From Euglena gracilis (taxonomy: Eukaryota), in assembly GCA_039621445.1 (NCBI GenBank), contig CP154954.1:29707411-29771410 (forward strand): 64,000 bases of DNA. Reading direction: 5' to 3'. Positions 1 to 11,100 of this stretch are shown here, piece after piece; position 1 is the stretch's first letter; every line of letters begins with the position of its first letter. The translations under genes and the position numbers were made by a program. The notes under the pieces were generated by a model that saw nothing but the letters and a program-made list of their open reading frames with translations, ran no database searches and was not told the origin of the DNA.

Positions 1-781
1 TATATATATATATATATATATATTTTAGTTAGGGACCGTCCTGCTCCCAAATAGTTCACACAGGACAGGCTTCCACACCATGCTCATGTGGGTGGGTCCC
101 GTCAGGGGGATTGCACCTCGGGTCAAGTTCAAAGACTGGCCAAAAATTTCATTGAAGGGTGTGCCACTGTTTTTTGTTGGAGGTCCACCCCCAGGGATCT
201 GAACAAATTATTTTTGCACGTAGCAGTTTCATGACCAATCTTCAATCGGCTCACCCGGGGTTCTGCAAGGATGTAAAAGTCATATTGTCCAGAAAAACAG
301 CCTTCTTTTCGGGCGTGATAAACTGCGGGAATTTGCAAATTCCCATTAATCGCTCCTCCATCACCCAGAGTCACAGGGATTGGAAAGGTGGGAACACCAA
401 GGACTTCCACCTGAATGAGCTCCCGGCTTGGAAAGGAGGGAGGACCATTGGGCCATCCAGCGCCATCGCGGGAAGAAGGAAGATTGGCATCCGGGTGGGC
501 GGATTGCGGTGATCAGCGTCGCTGAGAACGAATGTTGGCAACGTGGCTCCCTTGTAAGATAATGATACCTGACCCCTTCCCTGTTGGAAGGTGGTCTCCC
601 AAAAAGAATTGGCCTCGGGTGCTCGCCAATTTGGGCCTACCCGAAGAACTAAGCTCTTTCGGGGTACAACTCCCTGCAAGGCCAGGGCGGCGAGCACAGG
701 CCCAGAGGCCAATTTCTCAGGCAAGACGGGAGTTCGCCTGACCCTCCCATCAAATTAATTTCCAATCAAAAAAACCCCTGC

Positions 782-790
782 ATATATATA

Positions 791-839
<49 letters not shown>

Positions 840-843
840 CATA
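782..843. repeat. (TA)n microsatellite (another at 1-22)
   Basis: Read directly. Confidence 0.95.
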
Positions 844-852
844 CTGATACAT

Positions 853-1271
853 TAACCTCCCCCAAAAATATGACCTGGGTCTTATTTTTGGGTCCATTGC
901 TGGAAACCTCCAGGGGGGGTGTTATTTTTGGGGGGGTCTTATTTTTGGTTTTTTCTTGACCGACCCAAGCCCGAAAAAACATCATTTTTCAGGTTCAGCA
1001 GTAAAAATTTTCCTTCGGCTCTTCGTGCCATGTGTAAATCGGTGTAAGTTGACATTTGGCATGTTTTTTTGAACTTCAAAAAGCTGAAATTTTTTGAAAT
1101 TTCATCATTTTTGTCTGTGAAATTGGGGATTTTGGTAATTTTTCAGGGAAAATTTTCACCGTCTTCGGCGCTTCGCGCCGTCAGGGGGGTCTTATTTTTG
1201 GATTTTTGCTCGTTCGGCCCAGAGGGGGGGTGTGTTATTTTTTGGGGGGTCTTATTTTTTGGAGGGGGCTA
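853..1271. mobile_element. Non-autonomous TIR element with internal GGGGGTCTTATTTTT repeats
   Basis: Imperfect inverted ends TAACCTCCCCCAAAAATATGACC / GGTCTTATTTTTTGGAGGGGGCTA; architecture resembles 40781-41190; no clear TSD. Confidence 0.55.
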
Positions 1272-1417
1272 AAAATATATTTTGTATAGTTTATTCTTAA
1301 TTGTTACATTAGAATCAAAAGTTTAAACAGAGGGGGAGATCGTGGGCAGGCGAGGTTTTGGGGTTGTGGTGGTGTTTTTGGGCCCAGGGGTCCGTGCCCC
1401 ACCCCTGCCGGCCCCAG

Positions 1418-1492
1418 GCAAGGCGTACAAGGCGGCGCTGGTGCGGGACTTCTGGGCCTTCGCGGAGCCGCTGTTCCGCACGGGCCAACTCC
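1418..1492 (+). CDS. Penultimate exon of a NAD(P)H quinone oxidoreductase (zeta-crystallin/PIG3-like, MDR superfamily); gene starts upstream of the window
   Basis: CAG acceptor at 1415-1417, then KAYKAALVRDFWAFAEPLFRTGQL with strongly GC3-biased codons; joins in frame to the 2781 exon giving GQLRPVVHAVLP. Confidence 0.75.
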
Positions 1493-2780
1493 ACCTGGGG
1501 CCCCCCCTGTGCCCCCCCCCCCCTGCCTGGCCCTCACCCCCCCTACACCGCGCCGCCCAACCCTCATCTGGGGTTGGCAGACCTCGGGGTATTTTTTAGT
1601 CTGGGGGGGTGGATCGTGAGCAGCCTGTTCACAATTTACAGGGCGTTGTATTTTGGGGGTTCAAGTAATGCCCTGATAATCGTGAACAGAAACCGTTTCT
1701 ACAAAAAAACCCACATCGGGATCCAGGATTCTGTCTTGGAAACCCAGAAAACAAGAGATGGGCTTAAGTCCAAGCTATTGGGGGGCGCTTTTGGGTTTGG
1801 GAGGGGGACCCGAAGGCGACGGTCCCGCCCCCCCAAAGGCCCCCACAATGCTTGGACCAAAGGCGATTTTCGGTTTAGAGCCTAAGGGTGGATTCCGTTC
1901 AGTTCACCATACCATTCCATCGTGTTCCATTCTGTTTTAATTCTGTGGCCATCTGTTGAAAGCCCTTTGGACGAGTTGCAACAGAGCAACTGAACTGAAT
2001 TGCGAAATCTGACCAACAGATAGTTCAAGTTTCAGATCAGACGATTGGACAGAATAAGAGTGCCATGCAGCGTGGCTGAATTCTGTGGCCGTCTGTCGAA
2101 AGCCTTCGGGAAGGCTTTTGTGCAACAGTTTACTGAGTTTGTATTTAATCAAAATTCTTTTCACAATTTCAAGCCCTAATAATCGTGAACAGCCTGTTCA
2201 CGATTATCAGGGCGTTATTTGGGGGGTCCAAATAACGCCCTGCAATTCATGTTCATGTCCACAAAATTCAGGGCAGGTGCCGGGCCTCTGTTCCCAGTGA
2301 CAAAGAGGGAGGATGAGACAACTTGGAGATATCCTCATTTCACAATTGGTCGAATGGTATTCAAGACAGGCACTCATTAATGTCTAACAGTTTTCAAGGC
2401 GGGCGCGATTATTATAAAACAGTTTTCAGAGTGGCGCCGTTTTCTTGATGAAAACGAAAACAAAAACGCCAAAAAAGCCACCGTACGGGTTTTGAATCGT
2501 CGAACGTTGAACACAGCGTGCGGCTTGTTTCGACTTAGCCGTTTGTGGGCTATTTTTTTCGTGGGTGGGTGGGTGAGCCGGACCCCCTCCCCCCGGGGGA
2601 TACCCCAAGGGCCTCGTGGGTCCCAACCGGAAGTGCGCCGAATTCTTTGGCCCCAAACTTGACCCCCCAAAAGGTGGGTCCCCGGACCCCGGGGGGTACC
2701 CCTGGGTGGGTGGGGGGCACCCCCCGGTCTTAAAGAAAGCTCCCCGGACGGGCGCCGGCGAGAGAGGGGCCCCCCGCCCC

Positions 2781-2899
2781 GGCCGGTGGTGCACGCGGTG
2801 CTGCCGTGGACGGAGGCGGGGGCGGCCCACGAGCTGATGGAGGCGAACCAGACGGAGGGGAAGGTGGTGCTGCTGGTGGAGGCCCCTGAGGCGGCGTGA
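2781..2899 (+). CDS. Last exon of quinone oxidoreductase
   Basis: PVVHAVLPWTEAGAAHELMEANQTEGKVVLLVEAPEAA*, matching the typical QOR C-terminus (AH..ME....GKVVL); TGA at 2897-2899. Confidence 0.85.
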
Positions 2900-5094
2900 G
2901 GCGGCGCCACCCCCCCCCCCCCCACCGGTGCCCTATATGGCACGTGCCCCGCGCACCGTTCCCCCAGCTTTGCCCGACCTGGGGAGACCATCAGGGCCCT
3001 CTCCTTGGCGAGAGGCTGAACGGGGGGGGGCAGACCACGACTCTCCAAGGCAACGATTTGCATAAGTTAACAACATTTAATGCAGTTGTGAGACCAAGGG
3101 ATTGACATTCTTTTTTTAGGTTGGGGGGGATTGGTGTCGGTCTTCAATAAACGTGACTCAACAAGATTTGGAAGCCTCCGGAAGACTGGAACATCCGATA
3201 CAAGAGTTTCAGTCAGGGCATGGCTGCAGGCAGCACACGAGGGATGGCTAAATTGGCATAATGCACAAAATCTGTGCAGGAGGAGACTCGCACGAAATCA
3301 GCGTTGTAAGTATTCTGGGTCAATTCATCAAGACACCAATGGTTACTCCAAATCTTAGTTAGAATTGAATAGGCTTGGTTAGAATTGAATTAATTAAAAT
3401 AGGCTTTTGGGGGACAACTGCTTTGAGGACCACGTGTCTTTTCGGTATTTTGAGGAATCTGTAGAAATTTATTTAGTCTGCAGTTCCAAAATGATTATTT
3501 TTATTCATTAAAAGTTGTCGTCACCACAATATGCGAAATAAATTGCAGAATGTTCCGGAACAACCCGGAATCAAGCCCCTGAATAAATGAGTGTCGAAAG
3601 CGAAGCCTTCCTGGAGGAATAGCGACACATAATTTTTTGACCTTTCCCCCAGGGGGTTGGAGTGCACAACCAAAGAAGGAAGCTCACCCGCCAGTCAACG
3701 ACGCTGTGCTTTGTACAGCAGTTTTGTCATCAGTCCATCACCGCCGACAGAATAGCTAGTTATTGTTGTGCTGCCTTTGGTCGGTGTTCGTGCCTCTTCA
3801 AGGATCATCAAATTTTGACAGGTCAGCGTGGTGGGCATTTTTCCGCTCAATCGCTGCAAGTTCCGGCAGAAAGCACCCCCTCCAGCCCCCTCCAGAACTC
3901 CCTTGAACTCCCTTGTACTCCTTCCAAAAGGCACTCCAAAGAATTCAATGCCCTGGCTTCTTTTTATGTCAACTCACCCCCAATTCGCAGCCCAGCTAAG
4001 ATGGCCCCGGAAGAGGAGCCGGTTGGCCGCCCCCCCCCCCCCCCCGTCCTGGCCCCTGCCCCACGGCCCCTGAGGCTCCCCATCCCCCAGCCCGGAGCTA
4101 TATTAAACATATGGCGCTAACTCCTTGACAGCAACGGATGGTGCCAGCCGATCACATGGCACCTGAGCTGGGGGGGTCCCAATCTAAGTCTAAATCTCCA
4201 GCGATTAAACATTAGTTTGGGAATGGTTTGGCTGGTAGACTGAGGGAGGGGAATCAAGTAAACGATTAATCCAAAACACCCAAAATGTAGGACTGTCTGT
4301 TCTTTGGCATCAAATGCCGGAAATGGCAAAAACAAAAGCCTCTGTGGCACTTGGGTTCTGAAACTGTCATGCCTGCGAACGTGTCGGGGTTCTGGCATGG
4401 GAAATTGTTCGGGCCCCTGGTATTAGCCAACCCGCAGGGACCAATCAATTTCCTGAAACCACCCTGCTGGGAGTTTGTCAGCATCCTGCCCAGGAAACTC
4501 GCAAGGTGTCCCATGGCGGCCAACAGTTGATCAAGTTCGAAGAAGGACGAGGGGAAATTTGATTAAATAGTCATCGAGCGAGAATTCAGAATTTTTTTAC
4601 GAAAAAAAACATAGAATGCCGAAATTACTTTGTTATACACCCCAGAAACAGCCACTGGGAGGGTCTTTCCTTTTTTCACAATAAAGGGGGGTTATTAGCG
4701 CGGTTTGGTGGGCCAGCCCGGGGGATTAATGAGTGGTATGAGTGGGGGGGGGTGGATGGGCAACATCCTTTCACATAAACCGCGTGTCAGAACAGACCCA
4801 GCTGTACGGTTTTGCAGAGAGGGCAGAATTTAAGTCCGCCCCCCCCCCATAGCCGTGACCCCATGTTTTACTTTTTTTTTGTGGGTGGGCCCGGGTTCAC
4901 AGTTAGCTGCAATTTATCATTACCCACTTCTGTTTGGTGGTTTGCTCCTTGGGGCCACCCACCAACCCAGATCCTGCAACCGTCTGGGGTGTTCAAAAGG
5001 GGGGGGTTAATGGAGGGAGGCACGAGGCGTGTTGGGGGGCGGGAAGGCCGGCCCTGTCGTTGTCGCTCACAGGACCGTAGGGGCCTCGGCATGG

Positions 5095-5146
5095 ATGGCA
5101 CCCGGGGGGCCGGCCGACGGCTATCACAGCACGCGGACTGTGCCGG
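5095..5146 (+). CDS. SNM1: SNM1 exon 1 (MAPGGPADGYHSTRTVP); start codon tentative
   Basis: CAG at 5070-5072 upstream, GTGTGA donor at 5147; splices to give TVPGTPCF. Confidence 0.6.
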
Positions 5147-8100
5147 GTGTGACGTTGTGCTTTGTCTGCAAGTTCCGGGTGCAACAGAAGTGAGCTGGCG
5201 GATTCCCTCAAATTTCCTTTTTTTGTGAAACACTATTCAAAAATCTACCCCCCCCCCCATGCCCAATGAACAAATGCCTCTGACGTTTGTCACCTGAGTG
5301 TTCATGGGGGGTTCTCCCTTTTGGCTGGGGGCTATGAGGTGTATTTTTTTTATAGCCAAAAATGATTTGTGACCACTTTTTTGCATACACATCCTTTCAA
5401 AGAATATGAGTGAAATTTTCATTTTGGTATAAAAAAAACCTCCTCGAAAAGGGTGGCCGAAAAATGGCTCTCAGATCAAGAATGCACTGTTGCAACCTGT
5501 GAGGAGAACCATACTGGTAGCACAGTTGGATTTGCAGGCATGTATGGATGGTCTTATGGTGCCATGGGGAGGCGGGGGAGGTTGACTCTCCCACCCGCAG
5601 GTGGGGATCTATACCATCAGAAATTTTTACACCCACATCAAAATGTCACCCCACAGAATAAAGGGAAGGAGTGACCTCTGCCAAGCATGTAAGGTTTCTG
5701 GGCTTGGATAACAGTTGGGGGCGGGGGGACTGTCGACCCCACCCACCAGGGCATTGTGCACAACGACGTTTGGCATTTGTCGAATGCCTCCGCACATTTT
5801 TTTTTGCTTATTTTGCACCTTGTTTCCCCTTATTGTTGTTCTTTTGTATTGAGGAATATGGAAGCCGTGTGCATATAAGAGTGGTTGGTGTGTTGCGTAC
5901 AGTGGTCTGCCTCTTTTCCCGGTCGGCTCTCAGCCCCCTCAGAACACCAGTTCTTTGCTCTTTGCTCGTCTTCTGGTGCGCTGCCTCCCCAGGGACGCCG
6001 TGCTTCACGGTGGATGGGTTCAGGCACGTCCGCCCCGAGTGTCAGCACTTCTTTCTCACGTATGTTCACGGCGTGCAAGCTGCCATCTTCACAAGCTACA
6101 CACTCTGCGTGCACAATGAAACAGAGCCGAAGGCTCGTCGGATGGTTTGAACCTTTCATGGGACCCAAACCTTTTTGTATGATCCCTTAAGGGAAAATAT
6201 TTCTTTCAATCAAAGTTAACTTTGATCAATGGAGGGTGAATGTTGTAAATAAATTGTTCCCCGTATGTGTATGTGTGTGAGTGAGTGAGTTGCGTGTCTC
6301 ATGTTTGCTGAAGGGCACCATTCTCTCTGAGGGAGGGGCATGGGACATGATCTGAGGCGTCATCCAGAGTTGAATGACCCACCCAAATCGATCGGGGTGG
6401 GTCTTTTTCCCGGCACCTGTAACCCCAAAATGGAAGGAATCTTGCCCACAGAACGCCGCTATGCAAAGCCATTTCCATATTCAGTTTTTTTTGCTCCAAA
6501 AACTGGCACCAGGGGTATGTAGCACCCCAGTCTATTCCTCTTCCTTTCCAGTCACTTCCACACGGACCACTATGAGGGGCTGCGCAAGACGTTCCATGCT
6601 GGCACCATCTGTATGCCTCAGCATACCCACCTGCATGGAATATGAACAATTTTTAATGAGCTGACTTGCTGCATTTAGAAATGTGTATATTTCAATCTGA
6701 TTCATTGTTGTGATTGTGAAAATTGCCACGTCCACATAGGCAAGTGTTGCACCATTTTGGTGTAGTTTGGGGCCCTTTTTTTCGGTTTGTCTGAAATGTT
6801 TTTTTCAATGAATCATCAGATGTGCCATTCTGCAACTCATTTCCAGAGTGCCAGTTCCACATTTGAATGAGTGTGTTTTGACGATCTATCTAAAGTCATT
6901 TTTTTGGACAAAAGCTGCCAATTAATTGACAAATTTGTTTGCAACCAGGGCAGGCAACCATTTTTTTTTTAGTGTTGGACCCCGGGGGGGGGGAGAGGGG
7001 AGGGGGGTGGGTCCGGCCGAGCCCCCCCCCCCCCCGGAGGGTCCCCCCAGAGGGGGGTGGGATATATTTTTCAGTGTCGAAGGCGCGAAAATTTTTGAAA
7101 AAGGTGCTATTTTTAGCATTTTCGCGATTTTTGGCCTTTTCGGGTAAAAGTGGGTTGGGTCCCCGGGACCTCACCCCGGTGGTGGGTGGGTGGGGGGACC
7201 CCCCCCCCCGGTTTTAAGAAAAACCCGTTTGCAACCTCTCTGACCCATAAAGCTCTGATGAGACACCAGATTCGTTGTTCTTTGCAGAGTCACACAGGAA
7301 GCATCTTTTAAAATTTTAAGCAATGGAAGGGAGGCGTGAATTTGAATTGTGCAATTTTTCGCACGTTTGGCATTTTTTCTGTTTCTTTTTTTTTGCATGC
7401 CCTTGGAGGAAGGATGTACACGGGATATTTTGTGTAGTTTCAAAGGTTTTTGTAGCTTTTCCCCCCTGCCCCATGGACACACGCACTTGTCTGACAGAGT
7501 TAGTAAATCTGTTATCAAATTTCAATTCAGGGGAATATCAATAAAAAAAATAGCATCAATCGATTGTCGAAATGATTTTTTGTATTTGGCCATGAGATGG
7601 CCACAATTCAGCTGCAGGAATTGTGAAATTTTTGTTGTTCTTTTTATCCAGGGGTTTATGTTTGAGTTCAGGAATGCAGCCTCACAGTTGATACATCAAA
7701 ATCTGTTTCTAGCCATTTTCTTTAAAAGCGGCCTTTTTTTTCAAAGTATTAGGGATCTCAGTGACAAATGCGTATAATACGGTTTGTGCGTCATTAGTTT
7801 GTTTGTTAGTCAACAGTCCCCTCCTCGACCTCTCCAGACTGCTCCCCGATGACGGCCACCCTCGTCACCCACGTCCTCGGTGTCAGCCCGGAGGTGGTCC
7901 GGCCACTGCCCCTTGACACCGAGGTGGACGTCTGCGGTGTGCTCCGCTGTGGCTGCCCCCCCCCCCCCCGCCGCCCACCCAGGATGGGGGCAGGCAGCTC
8001 CCCAGCTGACCACAAAGCACCGACGCGCATGTGGTCGCGCATTTCTTGAAAAGTCAACACGTCTGTGATTCCCCGGAAATTGGACGCGTCGCCGTGGCCG

Positions 8101-11100
8101 GGCAATTCAACTCCGGATGGGCCGCGGGATGGATTTTGGTTGGGACCGCGTCGCGTCCGCATCGGGTGGCGGGGCCGGCAGGCATCCGGGTGGTGGCGGT
8201 GGACGCGAACCACTGCCCCGGCGCGGTGATGCTGGTCTTCCATACCCCCGCCGGCGTGGCCCTCTTCACCGGTGTGGTGGCCCCATCCCCTCCGTCCCAA
8301 GGACCCCCCCCCCCCCAGGGCCAGACTGCAATCTCAGGCGATACCTTCACCCGGGGGGGTCGGGAGGTATGGTCAAAGTGCCTGAACACTCAGTCCAGAG
8401 AATGCATCTCTTTAAGGTTTTGCAGCCCCCCCCCAAGGGGCTGCTTAGCCTGCCGGGGTTTTGGTCCACCCCACCGCAGCACCCCAAGGGCCGGTGGGGG
8501 GAGGGTTGCTGCTAACCCAGCAAGCGCCTCTTGTTGTTGGGTCTGCCGATTTTTTTTGGGGGAAAAGTCACAAAAACGAGCCGCTTTGAGGGATTTAAGA
8601 GTTTACAGTGCTTGCTTGCTTGCTTGCTTGCTGTCGCATGATGACTTTTTTGAAATCAATTTATGGTTGCTCTTTTTTTGACAGTTTTCGAATTTCAAAA
8701 GCGCTGGCCAGCCCAAGTTTCAAGCCTGAGCCCAGCAACCCCCCAGGGGATCGTTAAAGGGCTGTGTGGTCCAGAGCACTCCGGCCCCCAAGGTGCCGGA
8801 AGCCATTTTTTTGTCAAATCAACATCCACCGACCACCGACCGTTCCCCTTGTGCCAACCCCTCCTTGAATCCAGAACAGCCGGTACGGAACCGCCATGTG
8901 ATGCCACGCCCAGGGGTGTGTACCATCCGCCCTCAGGGCTCCCTGTCCCTCCGCAGGGGACTTTCGGTACACCCCGGAGATGCGCCGCCACCCGCTGCTC
9001 CAGGAGCTGGCTGCGCAGCCGACGCTGTGCGGTGTGGACCGGCTCTTCCTCGACAACACGTTCGGTCAGCCAAAGGCTGCGTTCCCACCGCAGGCCGAGG
9101 TGTGTGGCACACCGCCCCGCGTGCACCGGGGACTCCGCTAATGTGCAGTCTCAGTGTCAGACACCCACACCCATACCCACACCCATGTGTGGAAGCTGCC
9201 CCTGCAGCTCGCTTCGCTCGGAGCCCCCCCTCTTGATGACCTTCCCCCTAGACTCCACCGCCACGCTCCGCGAGTCGGCGATCGAGGAGATTGCCGCCCT
9301 TGTCGTCTTCCTCCCCCTGGCGCCCGCCCCGCCTACCCGGTGGTCTCTCAGCCGCAGGGCCCGAAACCGGCGGCAGCACGCACTGCACGGAAACCCCCCG
9401 GCTGAGCAGCGGCGACCCCCTCGCGGCGGCCGTCAGCCGGAGCTCAACCAGCGGCAGCTTCAAGACTTACAGGAGGCGAGGACGCTGCGCGCTGCGGGAT
9501 GGACGATACCGGCTTCGGTGGAGGACACGTCCCTCGTGCGGGTGTATGACACCCGCCTCTCAGTGGACTGGTTGCGCGACGTGGCCGCGGAGGTACGGCT
9601 CATCGACGACCCGGACACGGTCGTGGTGGTAGGGGGCGATTTTGCCTCCCAGGCAGACATCTCTGATGCGTCAGCGCTCGCACCGGCGGTACCGCGGAGG
9701 TGGGGCCAGCGCCCCTCCCACATCATCATCCCGCCGCAGGAGCACCTCGGCGTCTGGATCCAACGGCTGCGCAGTCAACTCAATTTGGAGGACCCTTCCA
9801 CCGTGTACAGCATCGCCGCGGTGGTGGATCGGGACAGCTGCCCCAAGGAGCTCAGCGCCATGGCCCTGCGTCGGCTCCTTCCCGCGGCTGGCCCGCTCTT
9901 CGAGGACCGGCGGGTATCCGTGGAGGCGGTGGCGGTAACTGAGCGGCCTCCCCTCTTGCGCGTGCCCGCCTCTGAACGTCGGCTGCCCCCGGAGGAGTGG
10001 GAGAGGGCTTTCCTCGCCCGCAACAAAGTCCTCATGCTGCTGCATGTCCGGCGCCTGCCTCAGGCCATTCCGGCCACGGCAGATCCTCTGGCGCCAACGG
10101 GAAGGTGGATCCGCGGCTCGTTGCCGGATCCGGAGCCCAACCACCTCGAGCTCCTCCGGGTGGAATTTGAGCTGCCCCCGGCGACGCGGCAACGCAATGC
10201 AGAGCGGGAGCTGCGGCGCGCGCTGTCGAAGGTGGCGGGCGCGGTGGGGGTGGTCTTTGGTCCCGCACACCAGCTGCGGGGCATCCAGCCCACCCATGGC
10301 GGAGTGCTGGCCCTGCTGGCCGTACCGCGGACGGAGGCGCTGCGCTGGCTGAAGGGAAGCGGCTGTGGAGGCCTCTTCGTGAGACCATTCTGGACCCGCG
10401 ATACGAGCCCTTCACTTGAGCGGCAGCAGTTCAATCTGTTGTACCTCAAGAACAGGCGTGCGGAGGCTGCACGGTTGTGGGATGCCCACGACCTGCAAGG
10501 GGTGGTCGGCCTGCTGCCGGCCGAGAAGCTCGTGCGTGCGCAGTGCGGCCTCGGGAGCGCCGGCGGATGAGGTGCAGGCCCGCGTCCGGGTTGCCCTCCA
10601 AGATCCCCAGGCGGCAGTACGACAAGTGCAAGGTGCGGTGTGTGGTGGAGGCGGGGGCCGCTGTCACGCCGACCTCTGCGTGCGGGACCTCATCGCCCTG
10701 ACGGGTCTGTCCCGCTGCGCGACCTCGGTGCGGGCACGCTGCGGAGTGGTCGATGTCGCGTTGTACGCGACGTTGACAAATGGGGAAGTCGGCGCGTCTT
10801 CCAAGCCACGGGCGGCCCGCTCCTCTTCGACGACGGTGGCTGGGGCCGTTCTACGTGCTCCGCCGTGCTGACTCGCGCCGATCCCCCTCCCGCCGGCAGC
10901 GGTCTCGGCATCCCCCCCCTGCCGCCTCCGCCCACACCAGAGACCTTCCCGCCTCGCGATATGGGGCGGCCCGCGGCTTCATCCTCTGCCCCCGCTGCTA
11001 GTGCCAGCTTCAGCCCGCCCGCCGACGCCTCCCTCCTTCCGCGTGCCTCCCGCCGCTGCCGACGGGCCTCCGCGCGGCGCAGCCTGGGTGGGGGGGCATC

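Noticed and set aside
30-750. Degenerate retroelement 3' end on the minus strand next to (TA)n; similar hints at 4130-4520 and 62480-63100
   Set aside because: Only vague motif resemblance (e.g. QQGGFR, AFD); cannot be supported without a search
5476-5538. Possible extra SNM1 exon (DQECTVATCEENHTGSTVGFA, AG...GC, phase 1)
   Set aside because: It would split the conserved VPGTP motif and its codon usage is unlike the real exons
8663-10570. 635-aa ORF as a single gene
   Set aside because: Chance fusion: it runs through intron DNA and an out-of-frame SNM1 exon, and only from 9236 is it LINE ORF1
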